Positions 51,590 through 64,000 of a stretch of DNA of 64,000 bases are shown here, in pieces; within the stretch, counting starts at the first letter, position 1, and the number at the start of each line of letters is the position of its first letter. The notes under the pieces were generated by a model, which was not told the origin of the DNA, made no database searches, and saw only the letters and a list, made by a program, of their open reading frames with translations. Location: the NCBI GenBank assembly GCA_951406725.2, contig OX597818.1, positions 138,818,001-138,882,000 of the forward strand, written 5' to 3'. The position numbers were made by a program, and so were the translations under genes. This DNA comes from Octopus vulgaris. Lineage: Eukaryota.

Positions 51590-51805
51590 CATGGTGAGCT
51601 GGCAGAATTGTTATCACACCTGGTAAAATACTTAGTGGCATTTCATCCATCATTACATTCCGAGTTTAAATACTGCTTTGGTCGTCTTTGCCTTTCATCC
51701 TCTCAAGGTTGATAAAATAAGTACCAGTTGAGAACTGGGGTCAATGTAATTGACTTGCACCCTCCCCTAATATTGCTAGCTTTGAACCCAAAATTTGAAA
51801 CCAAT
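51590..51805 (+). mobile_element. Family E SINE, diverged
   Basis: GGTGAGCTGGCAGAA...CTTTGCCTTTCATCCT..GATAAAATAAGTACCAG. Confidence 0.8.
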
Positions 51806-52033
51806 ATACTTGAAGCATTTGTTATCCCAGTATAAAATCAGAAAGGTAGCTAAAGTTACTTGATGATACAGACTGGGAGTAAAAGGGATTTATTCAGTAT
51901 TTCCCGTGTAATAAACTGAAATGTATACCTGAGAAATATGAAATGAGCTACAAACTGTAAAGAATTCTCAAACCAATGTAAGAGTGCAGACACACCTTAG
52001 TGGCATGTATAGTGACACATATTTTAAAGGCAT

Positions 52034-52318
52034 GAGGTGCATGGCTCAGTGGTCAGAGTATCAGGCTCACAATCATGAGGTTGTGAGTTCATTTCCCAGG
52101 CCTGGCTGCGTGTTGTGTTCTTGAGCAAAGCAGTTTATTTCACACTTACTTCAGTTCTCTTGGCTATAGAATAGCATCGGTGGTGTGAAGAGAGGAGGCT
52201 GGTATGCATGGGCAACTGCTGGTCTTCCATAAACAACCTTGCCTGGACTCGTACCTCGAAGGGTAACTTTCTAGGTGCAATCCCATGGTCATTCATTATC
52301 GAAGGGAATCTTTACCTA
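52034..52318 (+). mobile_element. Family F tRNA-head SINE
   Basis: TGGCTCAGTGG A box, GAGTTCATTTCC B box, GTGTTCTTGAGCAA motif; homologous to 62300-62525 (-). Confidence 0.78.
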
Positions 52319-52327
52319 GAGACATAA

Positions 52328-52548
52328 CCCTTTCGTTACTAACCCGGCCAAAACCGGCTCTGGCTCTGTAGCACAAATGTCTTGTTTTCATAAGTTTTGC
52401 ATCAAAATATACCACCAAACCTTAGTTGCAATTTATATTCCTAACACTAGTTGAATGATAACTAAGTTATTTTACTAAATTCTTTGTTATATTTAAAATA
52501 ATTGAAAGAAACACAGAGCATCTCAAAATAAATACGGTAACGAAAGGG
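52328..52548. mobile_element. piggyBac-like MITE family P1, inverted relative to the other copies
   Basis: ATAA|CCCTTTCGTTAC ... GTAACGAAAGGG|TTAA. Confidence 0.9.
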
Positions 52549-52773
52549 TTAAAGCCATATGCTGGAGCACACATCTTAATGGTATGTACAGGGACATAAC
52601 CTTAATAGTAAAGGTGATCAGGCTGTGCTATTCACATCATGCCAAGTGTTGAAACCTGATAAGCTGATAGCCCTCTGTTATTGAAGATGCCTACTAAATA
52701 TTGCTACTTTAACATATAAGCTAACAGCATTTCTATTCTATTAATGATTCTATCCTATTTATTACCAGGTAGT

Positions 52774-52939
52774 TACTCTTTTACTTGTTTCAGTCATTTG
52801 ACTGTGGCCATGCTGGAGCACCACCTTTTTAGTCGAGCAAATCGACCCCAGGACTTATTCTTTGCCGAACCGCTAAGTTACGGGGACGTAAACACACCAG
52901 CATCGGTTGTCAAGCGATGTTGTGTGGGGACAAACACAA

Positions 52940-52972
<33 letters not shown>

Positions 52973-53143
52973 CATATATACGACGGGCTTGTTTCAGTTT
53001 CCATCTACCAAATCCACTCACAAGGCTTTGGTCGGCCCGAGGTTATAGCAGAAGACACTTGCCCAAGGTGCCACGCAGTGGGACTGAACCCGGAACCATG
53101 TGGTTCGTAAACAAGCTACTTACCACACAGCCACTCCTACGCC
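52774..53143 (-). mobile_element. Family A SINE with small internal deletion
   Basis: Reverse-complement match to family A. Confidence 0.92.
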
Positions 53144-54133
53144 TATAAAAAAGTTTGTCTTATAGCCATGGGATTTTAAGTTCAATCTCACATTGTAACA
53201 ACTCAGACAAATGTCTTCAGCTCTAGCCTTGAACTGATTAATATCTTGTGACTGGAATTTGGAATAGTGAAACGCAAACATGTATGTGTGTGTGCCTTCT
53301 GCCAATGTATATTAAAAATATAATTAACAATGGGAGGAAACAATGAACCAGTCTCTTTGAACAAATACCTTGTGTAGCATTTATTCTGTTTGAGTTTTAC
53401 TGAGTCTCCCTTGTTACTCTTCTTGCCTGTTGGAAACTTGTAACCAACAATGCTTTTGTTCATGAAATGTGATAAAAAAAATAATAGGGCTTAATACAAA
53501 CTGTAATCTACTGAATTCTGGTTGCTGTTGACCAAATGACTGATGATATTGATGTGCACTCTAATCTGCATATCTAAGTGTTGCATTGTTGCATAGTGTT
53601 ATTATGTTTTATGCCTTAAATAAAGAATAGACTATAAAACTCTAAAGCTTTTGTCAGCATTTCCAATTTGGCATTTTGCCATATTCACATTCTGTTGGGA
53701 TCAGAAGTCCAGTTTTTAGACAGGTAGCTTCTCTAAAAAATTACCTGCGTAATTAATAAATAAATAAATAAATAAATGAATAAATAAATAAAATAAAATT
53801 TCTTGTACCATCTGCCTGTTGTATACTTTGTATAGAGAACATAAGAACGTGGCAGCCTCATTTGTTAAAGAGCATTTGGACTGCTGCCAGAGTGGAGAAG
53901 TTATGGTTCTTCTGTCCAGGCATTCTACGGCAACGTTTAATAACTTAGATATTAACAAGCAATAGACATTATGTGTCTGCATCAACAGTTTCTCATGAAC
54001 GTTGTTAGTCTGTAATGGTTGCAGATGCAGTTGATTTGATTGTGGGTAACTGAGTTAAAGGAGTGGATTGTTGAGTTTAGCTACAGCGAAATTAATGTGT
54101 GTGTGTGTGTGTGCATGAAAATACATATGTACA

Positions 54134-54274
54134 TGTGGTAAGAAGCTTGCTTACTAAGCACATGGCTCTGGGTTCAATCCCACTGTGTGGCACCTTGTGC
54201 AAATATCTTCTACTATAGCCTTGAGCCAATCATAGCCCTGTGAGTGGATTTGGTAGATGGAAACTGAAAGAAGC

Positions 54275-54315
<41 letters not shown>

Positions 54316-54453
54316 TCATCATCATCATCATTTAATGTCCGTTTTCCATGCTAGCATGGGTTGGACGGTTCGACCGGGGTCTGGGAAGCCATGGAGGCTG
54401 CATCAGGCTCCAGTCTGGTTTGGCAGTGTTTCTACAGCTGGATGCCCTTCCTA
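54134..54453. mobile_element. Family A 5' half (+, 54134-54280) abutting family C 3' end (-, 54312-54453)
   Basis: Sequence matches to both families. Confidence 0.85.
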
Positions 54454-54528
54454 AATGTGACCTCGTGTGTACCGTTGGTGATTTTTTTTCCCTCTGTCTT
54501 CCCTTCTCTGGATCTTTCCTTCTGCTAT

Positions 54529-54563
54529 GTTTCCGACGAAGAGCTCCGCTCGAAACGTTAAAC
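54529..54563 (+). ncRNA. Minimal type I hammerhead fold (U4C variant) in a pyrimidine-rich Penelope-like end, 54454-54663
   Basis: GTTT-CCGACGA-A-GAGC tcc GCTC-GAAA-CG-TT-AAAC, with palindromic AACGTT. Confidence 0.68.
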
Positions 54564-54658
54564 CCTCCTTCTTTCCTTCTTTCCTGAGCGTCCAATAATA
54601 ATATATTTGTTCCATGTCCTCGCGTTGTTGTGTATGTTTTGTGCTTTCTTGTTTGGAT

Positions 54659-54715
<57 letters not shown>

Positions 54716-55396
54716 TTATTTATTTATTTACATGGATGTATGAATGTACATACATAAATGTATGTATATATCTTATATAGGTATATGTATACACATATAG
54801 TGTGCAGATATATGTATTATGTGTATGTATACACACACACACACATACAATTATAATGCTTCAGGCATTGTCCTCCTTTGGATTAATTGTGTTTAGAATG
54901 GAAAACCAGTAGGAAGCATACAAGAGAAAAATGCAAAAATCTAAAGAGCTTTCGAGGCAAAAATGCCCTTGTGAATCATGTGTATGTATATATGTGGATA
55001 TGATCATTGGCTGTTGGCGTTTAACCATTTCTGATTAAGCTAACCTTTGGTTAAGGTGTTCAAGCCGTGACCCAGTTTTTTTATATCCAAGACTATAATA
55101 TATCAGTAAGACAATAGTAAGTGTTGTAGGGCTCAGGTGACTGCTATTTCTGGTAGATACATCAGCTTTTACATCAGTTATATAATGGTTCTCGCATTGG
55201 CTTATTAGAGAGTGTGTTGTACTGTGATGAAGGAACTTGACAGCAATTTGCAGCCAATTTCGCTATAAGATAGGGAATGATATTGGTGATGGTGGTGATG
55301 GAGTGGCATTTCTATGGTTTATTTAGGAGAAAAGAGCTATGTCCATACTCATATAACCTTCATTGTAAGGATATTAATAATTATTAAAGACATATA

Positions 55397-55809
55397 GGCG
55401 CAGGAGTGGCTGTGTGGTAAGTAGCTTGCTAACCAACCACATGGTTGCGGGTTCAGTCCCACTGCGTGGCATCTTGGGCAAGTGTCTTCTGCTATAGCCC
55501 CAGGCTGACCAATGCCTTGTGACTGGATTTGGTAGACAGAAACTGAAAGAAGCCCGTCGTATATATGTATATATATATATATATGCGTGTGTGTGTTTGT
55601 GTGTCTGTGTTTGTCCCCCTAGCATTGCTTGACAACCGATGCTGGTGTGTTTACGTCCCCGACACTTAGCGGTTCAGCAAAAGAGACCGATAGAATAAGT
55701 ATTGGGCTTACAAAGAATAAGTCCCGGGGTCGAGTTGCTCGATTAAAGGCGGTGCTCCAGCATGGCTGCAGTCAAATGACTGAAACAAGTAAAAGAGTAA
55801 AAAGAGAGT
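55397..55809 (+). mobile_element. Family A SINE
   Basis: Full-length match. Confidence 0.93.
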
Positions 55810-55960
55810 ATGCATGTTATTCTCACGTCAACCCTCTCACACAGAATCATACACACATGTGTAGCTATTTGTATGTGTTATTATAGATACATATAATATC
55901 TTTATATATGCATTTATGCACATGTACATGTATGTATGTATGTATGTGTGTGTATGTGTT

Positions 55961-56183
55961 TACTCTTACTCTTTTACTCTTTTACTTGTTTCAGTCATTT
56001 GACTGCGGCCATGCTGGAGCACCGCCTTTAGTCGAGCAAATCGACCCTGGGACTTATTCTTTGTAAGCCCAGTACTTATTCTATCGGTCTCTTTTGCCGA
56101 ACTGCTAAGTGATGGGGACATAAACACACCAGCATCGGTTGTCAAGCAATGCTAGGGGGACAAACACAGACACACAAACACAC

Positions 56184-56231
<48 letters not shown>

Positions 56232-56405
56232 ATACATATATACGACAGGCTTCTTTCAGTTTCCGTCTACCAAATCCACTCACGAGGCATTGGTCGGCCC
56301 GGGGCTATAGCAGAAGACACTTGCCCAAGATGCCACGCAGTGGGACTGAACCTGGAACCATGTGGTTGGTTAGCAAGCTACTTACCACACAGCCACTCCT
56401 GCGCC
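55961..56405 (-). mobile_element. Family A SINE
   Basis: Full-length reverse-complement match. Confidence 0.93.
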
Positions 56406-57227
56406 TATGTTTGTAAATCTATGCAAAGATGTGCATACATGCACAGTTTCATAAATGTTTATATCAACATCCTCTCGCGGAATTGTTTTGCATTCCACAA
56501 TATTTGCATCCTGAAATGTTCCTAAAGTAGACCGGCTGGCCTCATTGTTGTATTTCTATAGTAATTGCTGTTCTTTCAAACAACAGAGCATCATCAATAA
56601 ATTCCACTACAATAATGGTAAAGATAATTCTTGTTTACAACCTCTGTGTTCATTCACATGTGTATGAAGAAAATGCGTGTATGTGTGTGTCTCTATATGT
56701 GAGATTATTCGTCTATTTGTGTGTGTGTGTGTGTGCATCTATATATGCCTATGTGTTTATATGTGGATGTGTATGTCTGTGTATTGGTGTGTATATCTAC
56801 ATGCATATGGATGTATCTGTAATGTGTGTGTATTGATAAATAAGCCCTCCCAAAAGACAGAAGGAAAAAACTTAATAGATATTTGTATTCTCTTTTACTT
56901 ATTAATATTTCATAAAGGGTAACCTCTGACTAAGATGCTCTTTTTTATCCCATTACCCCGCTCTCTTGGGAGTTCTTTGATGGTGAAAATTATGAAATAT
57001 TATTTTTATTTACTTTCTAACTCTCCATTTCTGCACACTTATTTTCGGATTCTTGTTTTTTTGTTTTTTATCAATAGCCTTTTAGTTTTTGTTGTATGTT
57101 ATGTATTTTATTTCTTTATTTCATTTGTTGTTTTTGGTTTTGTGATTTGATTTATTCATTTACTTATTTATCTTTTCTTTGCTCTTCATCGTTATCAATA
57201 TTTCAGATCTGTTAACTGCTGTAGTTT

Positions 57228-57287
57228 CCATCATCATCATCATCATCATCATCATTATTATCATTATCATTTATTATTATTATTATG

Positions 57288-57331
<44 letters not shown>

Positions 57332-57359
57332 CATTATTATTATTATTATCATTATTATT

Positions 57360-57448
<89 letters not shown>

Positions 57449-57847
57449 TATTGTTGTTGTTGTTGTTGTTGTTATTTAAAATCTGCTATGGTGATTGTTT
57501 TCCGTAGAAAAAGATAGAGAGAAGTGATATTAAAATTGCATTATTATAAATAATAGAAAAATAAAGGATGGGTAGGGGGTGGGGGTAGACAAGGATCTTT
57601 TCTTCCCTTGCTTTCTCTGAAGTTTTTTTTTTTTATTTTCGAATTTTGTTATATTTTTAAAGTTTTTATATATATAAAAAAAAAATTTATTCTTTATTAT
57701 TTTGGTAGCAAGGGGCAAACTATGAAAATAAAAATTAAAAATTGATTTCAAGGTTTAGATAGTTTGGTAGAGATCATATTTACTTCTCATCTCTGGTGTT
57801 ATAGGAGGGAATACTGCTTTTATTCATTTGTTTATTTATCTATTTAT

Positions 57848-57896
<49 letters not shown>

Positions 57897-57975
57897 TAAC
57901 AATAATAATAATGATAACAATAATAATAATGATAACAATAATAAAAACAATAATAATAATAATAATAATAATATT

Positions 57976-58011
<36 letters not shown>

Positions 58012-58268
58012 TAATAATAATAATTACAATAACGAATCTCTGTATCTTTATATAATCTGTTTGATTCAGATATCTTTGTGGGGGGTGGGGGGGTGCCAGA
58101 TGGATAAAGAGGTTGGAGAAAATACATAAGCTGTGAATAAATGGAGATAAAAGACCAAATTTGTTTATTCACAGTTTAAACTAGTGGTAATCACTGGCCT
58201 CTTATCATCGTCATGATGATGATGGTGATGATGATGATGGTGATGATGATGATGGTGATGATGATGAT
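57228..58268. repeat. (ATT)n, (AAT)n and (GAT)n tracts
   Basis: Direct inspection: 57228-57475, 57847-58030 and 58212-58268. Confidence 0.95.
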
Positions 58269-58711
58269 GTATGTTTTTGTTTTTTTGTTGTTGTTGCCTA
58301 TGCAACAGTAATCTGTGCAAAGCAACAAACAACCAGTTGCAGCACCTCAAATGGAACAACGCTGACTTTAGTAAAAAAAATCCCCCCCCCCCAAAAAAAA
58401 TCTATGTTTTGCTAGGATGGATGCTTTACTTGATAAGATTCACTTGAGTGCGGTTTATGTCATGATGGAGGAGTCGTAATCAAACATTAGCCACGAATAT
58501 GGAGTTTTGCTGTAGATCAAGGAGGAATAAATATAACTGAGCTTTGTGTAATTAAAAACTAAGGAGGAATAACAACAAAACTGTTATTTCAGTTGTAATC
58601 AAAGGAAACAAAGTCTGTACGTCTGTCTATATGTATGTGTGTGTGTGTGTGTATTTATGCATATATATATCCACAGTCATACATGTACTTTCTTTCTCTC
58701 TCTTCCTCACC

Positions 58712-58747
<36 letters not shown>

Positions 58748-59250
58748 TGCACACACCCAGTTTTTCATTCTCACACATGTGAGTATAAAGTAGTTTGGTT
58801 ATCAATTGAGCCGAAAAAGAACTAACAAAGAATTTTTATTATTATCATTATTATTATTATTCAACAAAATAAAAAATAAAAATTATGAAAAATTAAGTTG
58901 AAATTAGGCTATAGGAATTTCCTATCAAACAGTGGTTGCTTTAAAAGAATTCATAATTGACAGCTGAATTTATATGTCTGGTAGTTAATAATCAGTGTAT
59001 TGTATTGCCGAAGAAGAGATGATATTGTCTGGTAATGAATAGGATAGGGGGTGGGGGATCAAATGAACAAAGACAACTGTATGGAGGGGACAAACAAATA
59101 AACAAACACAACAGCTGTATAGGAGTAGGGCAAAAGTCTGTTTAAAAAATATGTGTGATACATTCTCAGATCTCAAATAGGATGGAACTCAATCAAATAG
59201 GAATGTCTTTGAGTGCAAAACTGAAAATGTCATGCACCAGAAAAGTCTAA

Positions 59251-59317
<67 letters not shown>

Positions 59318-59774
59318 ATATATAAACATATATAAACATACTGAAATGGCAGATTCTAAGGAAATTAGTGATTGTGTGTTGGCAAATAGTACATAAATTT
59401 ATTCAACTTGTGAGCTTGTTTTGTTTTGGTTTGTTTTTTTGTAATATTTATTTGTCATTGATGTTGTTTTTGTGCATAGAACAGAGTAGTTGAAAGGAGC
59501 AGAAGAAGGCAGTTCCCTTGCTTGCTGAATCAGCAAATTACCATTTTGACTCCCAGTTGGAAACATTTCACGTCAGCAAACTCAAATAAATGTACTTTCC
59601 AAAGTGTAGCTCCATCAATCACCTACTTCAAATTCTATATAAGAAATAACTGCCCGTACCTGTTGATAATAACATGATTAACAATTAACTCTATTTCAGT
59701 TCAACAAGTTTGTGGCCTTGTATTAAATTTAGGAATAATAATAATAATAATAATAATAATGATAATAATAATAA

Positions 59775-60020
59775 TGATTTCAAATTTTTGCAACAAGAGC
59801 AGCTTACAGGAGGGGATTAAGTTGATTGATTACACAACCCTAGTATCCAACAGATACTGATTTTAGCAACCCCGAAAGAATGAAAGGTAAAGTCAACCTC
59901 AGTAGAATTTGAACTCAGAACCTAAAGGTGGATAAAATTATGGTAAATCTGAAATTTCTGGGGAGGGGGCTAGCTGATTATATATCAGCCTCGGTGTCCA
60001 ACTTGATACTTAATTTATTG
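59775..60020 (-). mobile_element. Family E SINE fragments, old
   Basis: CCCCGAAAGAATGAAAGGTAAAGTCAACCTC..AATTTGAACTCAGAA. Confidence 0.7.
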
Positions 60021-60601
60021 ACAAAGTTGGAAAGTAAATAATAATAATAATGATAACCGTTATTTACAGCCAAATCTCCTTTCATAAAACTCTACCAATT
60101 ATATGAAAGGAAAGACACATTGTCTAAAGTAGTCCTAGGTACACTCTATACGTGAAAACAAAACGGAAATAGCCAATGGTCATGCCTGAAATACTGTCAG
60201 TCATAAGTGTGCTCTGTTAAAGCTGATTTATGACTAAACAATAGTGATAATCTTTCTTAGTCATCATCATCATCATTCTTTTTATTTGCAATTGACACCA
60301 CTTCATTAACTCTGGTTTATTGTTCTTTCACAACAACTCTGAATAACCATTGTTTGATGTAATTAATGCTGTGATTGCTTAGGATTAGCAATATCAATAT
60401 TTATTTGGCAATCCTCTGAATGTTTATATTTTAATTCGTTAATAATCTGGAGCTCTCGTTATAACTGACCTCTTTTCTGTTTTTAGATTTACATTCTCCA
60501 TAACTTTGATATCTCAAGTTTAATTAAACCTTTGTTCTAACAAATTTTCTTAGTTCTTTGCGTGTGTATGTGTGTGTGTGAAGGATTCCCTGTCAGATAT
60601 T

Positions 60602-60991
60602 GGATGGATGGAAGCACTCTGTCGGTTACGACGATGAGGGTTCCGGTTGATCCAAATCAACGGAACAGCCTGCTCGTGAAATTAACGTGTAAGTGGCTGA
60701 GCACTCCACAGACACGTGTACTCTTAACGTAGTTCTCGGGGATATTCAGCGAGACACAGAGAGTGACAAGGCCGGCCCTTTGAAATACAGGTACAACAGA
60801 AACAGGAAGAAAGAGTGAGAGAAAGTTGTGGTGAAAGAGTACAGCAGGGATCACCACCATCCCCTGCCGGAGCCTCGTGGAGCTTTAGGTGTTTTCGCTC
60901 AATAAACACTCACAACGCCCTGTGTAGGAATCGAAACCGCGATTCTACAACCGCGAGTCTGCTGCCCTAACCACTGGGCCATTGCGCCTCC
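60602..60991 (-). mobile_element. Family B SINE, full length
   Basis: 14-bp TSD CCCTGTCAGATATT at 60588-60601 and 60992-61005. Confidence 0.95.
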
Positions 60992-62299
60992 CCCTGTCAG
61001 ATATTACTGAAAAATCTACTAGTTGTCGGGTTCTATTTGACTCACTACTCTATGACACTGTGTTACCTGTCCTCAGGGATATCTTGATTAGGGATAATGG
61101 TAAACTTATTCAACCTGTTGTTTGGTTGAAGACTATTACTTCAGTCCCTAGGTGACTTTAATAGAGTCCACTTTCTTGTATGAGGATAATGTTGGCCCTT
61201 CATCCCATCAGTCTCAGGGGCTTAGAAAAGTGTTATGGACACTGCCCTCTCTCCTTACTAAACCATTAAAAAATGGAGTTACTTAGTAGCTCTGAGGCTT
61301 CTTTGTATCATCTCATCTATCATTTATTTTTGCCTCCTGTCGTTTGGAAGATATTGGATAGACTTCTGATTTAATTATTTTTATTTTGTCTGGTGACTGC
61401 AGTTCTTCTTGCGATGATTAACCCCTTTCTTTTGTAATATTCACTAAACAATCCTATTTTTGTCTGTTTATCATGATGTTTGTATTCTCATCTCTTCTAC
61501 ATTATCTGTAGACATTGTTTCCCAACCTTGGAATTATCACCCAGTCAAGTGGCTTATCCTACAATCATTTTCGTTCTTTTTTCTTCCTTTTTTTTTTTTA
61601 CAGTGGTTTCCACGTGTATTTCGTAAGGTAAAATATAATTATATCTCTGTTCTACATGTAGGAGCTCTAGGGCTTCTTTGGAGTAACCATATAATTTCAA
61701 GTCTTTTGTGTAAACCAGATGATTAATTTTATGATTCCTACTTTGATTTTAATCTTAAATCCTGCTGAGATGTCATTTTACTTAAGATACTTAAAGAGGT
61801 TAGTGCTAAACGAAAGAGCTGTAATGAAAGTCACTTATTGTAGAATAGGCTTGTTCTGTGATTGTTAATTGGGTACTGATAGAATTTTGTTCTCATACTA
61901 CATAGTGAGTATCTGTAATCCAGTTAGCAATATTTTAGATTATGTTTGAAAGAATTCTACCACTTTTCAGCTCCTGGATTTTGCATAATTCTATAAGTCA
62001 TTTGTGTACATTATTATTATCATTTTTGAGTGAAAGAGCAGTGCATCCTACTCAAAAGGTCCCTGAATAAGATTTGTTTAAGGATGATGAACTAATCAAC
62101 CATGTTTCCAGATGTGAATTATTCAAACTCCCCAAAGAATTCCTCTCAACACATGGTTATGTTGCCCCTCCCCCACACTACTTCTGCTCATGATCAGAAA
62201 TGCACATGTCATCAGCCACTAAGGGACATGCTCAACTGGTTATGGTCAAGCAATTGTATTATTTCTGATTAACCTTTTAATGTCCTCAGCAGTAAAAAC

Positions 62300-62525
62300 T
62301 CCCTTTGGTCATGAATGACCATGGGGTTGCACCTAGAAAACTACCTTCTGGGAAAGGCAAATGTTGATACAGCTTGGCATCAGTGATGTCACAACTCATA
62401 TCTACAGCTGATTGAGCTGGAGCTATGTGAAATAAAGTGTCTTGCTCAAGAACACAACACACAGCCTGGTCTGGGAATCAAACTCACTACCTCATGATTG
62501 AGGTACCACTGAGCCATGTGCCTTC
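62300..62525 (-). mobile_element. Family F SINE
   Basis: TTGCTCAAGAACACAACAC..CCACTGAGCCATG and GAATGACCATGGGGTTGCACCTAGAAA are the reverse complement of 52034-52318. Confidence 0.78.
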
Positions 62526-62934
62526 ATATGTCCTCTGCAGTAAATATAGTAACTCTAATGCATAGCACATGTATGCACACTTCACGGCAAGTAGAAGCTG
62601 CTTGAGCAGGAGCTCAATGGTTGTGAGTTCAAATCCACTGTAGGTGTTTTGTAGTAGAGCCATATATTGCCCTACTTTGCCTACTTATTTGGTAATAAGT
62701 AAAGTTTTGGAATTTGAGGAAATGTTAGACTTTCTACTCCTCATAGTAATCAAACTTATTGACATTCTACAGAATACCCTGTTGTTTAAAGGACTAGCAC
62801 TCTCTCCAAGTGGACATGTATCTCTCTTCAATTCAAACCAGTGCTAAATGCTGTCAGAAGCTAAAAGCCTCTTAAGACTTTAGAAAAGTAAAACATACTG
62901 CCTGTTTTCCATATATACTTACAAAACCCTCATA

Positions 62935-63293
62935 TCTATATATATAAATGTGTAATGGTATCTATCTGTGTGTGTGTTTGGAGTTGCTCTAACTCCTCCC
63001 ACACTGTCCAACTGATTTTAATGATTTTTGGCACATAGGTAGATCAAATAAGGCCGGAATTTTTCGAAAACTCGATAATGCTCAGTTGGCATTGATGTTT
63101 GTGCACTCAACTGGGTATTTGAATGGAAATTCTCATAATGTTAATTTTTCCTGCAGCTTTTGTATTTTTTCACATGTAAAATTTCAACAAAATCGATAGA
63201 ATAGTCTTTAAGGAAATGCTTATTCAATACAAGGTGAGAGGTAGGCTTAACTTCAACACAGAAAACATGAGCAATGCTGGTTTCAACAGCTAG
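62935..63293 (+). mobile_element. Non-autonomous Helitron, diverged
   Basis: A|TCTATATATATAAA 5' end, GAGCAATGCTGG subterminal motif like the 18506 element, CTAG|T 3' end. Confidence 0.72.
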
Positions 63294-63359
63294 TAGTCTC
63301 AATAAGGATATACATTCAGTCTTTCTCATTATCTTTTTATATATATTGGGAGAATATAA

Positions 63360-63381
63360 ATATACATACATACATACATAC

Positions 63382-63454
<73 letters not shown>

Positions 63455-63519
63455 TTATATATATTTATATATATTTATATATATGTATATATATTTATAT
63501 ATATTTTTATATGTATATA

Positions 63520-63555
<36 letters not shown>
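63360..63555. repeat. (TACA)n/(TA)n/(TATT) complex
   Basis: Direct inspection. Confidence 0.95.
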
Positions 63556-63558
<3 letters not shown>

Positions 63559-64000
63559 TATCCCTATCTCTTGAATATACAAGAAGCTTCATTATGTACA
63601 TATAGTATATGTATGTCAACATATATGTGAAAGATCATCTTTTATTATGCAATTGTATACACACAGCCGTTAAGTTTGGTACACATTGTTCTGGAATGTG
63701 TGCGCACACATGTACACATACATACACACACACACACACCCAGAGTCATAGCTTATACATACTTTATTATTTGATTCAGTATATTAGAAGAACATAATTA
63801 ATTTCCTATTATTTTGCTTACTAATTCATTTCCTCTTCCTGCTCTTTTAGTGCTGTGTCCTTCAACATCTTCCAATCTGGACTTCTCACGCGCACACACA
63901 CGCACACACACACACGCACGCACACGTACAAACCCCTCCACAATGACCATCCACATCCATTACCAATTTTCCAACAGCAAACAGGACACAGCACACTTAA

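Noticed and set aside
59480-59677. Possible phase-0 terminal exon after TTTTTGTGCATAG (NRVVERSRRRQF...)
   Set aside because: The acceptor is plausible, but the peptide is unremarkable and nothing else supports it.

Overview
AT-rich, repeat-dense eukaryotic DNA. It is most likely a large intron-rich gene region of an octopus or other coleoid cephalopod; this is inferred from the microsatellite load and SINE types, not from a database search. Nearly all supplied ORFs are translated microsatellites or SINEs. One good internal coding exon (50654-50795, +) and one weaker candidate (40290-40470, +) are visible, and I cannot name the host gene. The rest is a nested set of mobile elements: several SINE families (my labels A, B, C, E, F), two 5'-truncated RTE LINE ends, piggyBac-, hAT-, pogo- and mariner-type MITEs, and two non-autonomous Helitrons. 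The most interesting signal, invisible in the ORF track, is a set of sequence-unrelated small elements carrying type I hammerhead ribozyme folds, mostly with palindromic stem III (Penelope/retrozyme type). The best is a 360-bp unit with 87-bp direct repeats and a U3-A8 variant core (41896-42342). Another has a canonical core inside a 102-bp fold-back (30560-30808), and several more are decayed. All folds were read by eye and coordinates of old repeats are approximate.
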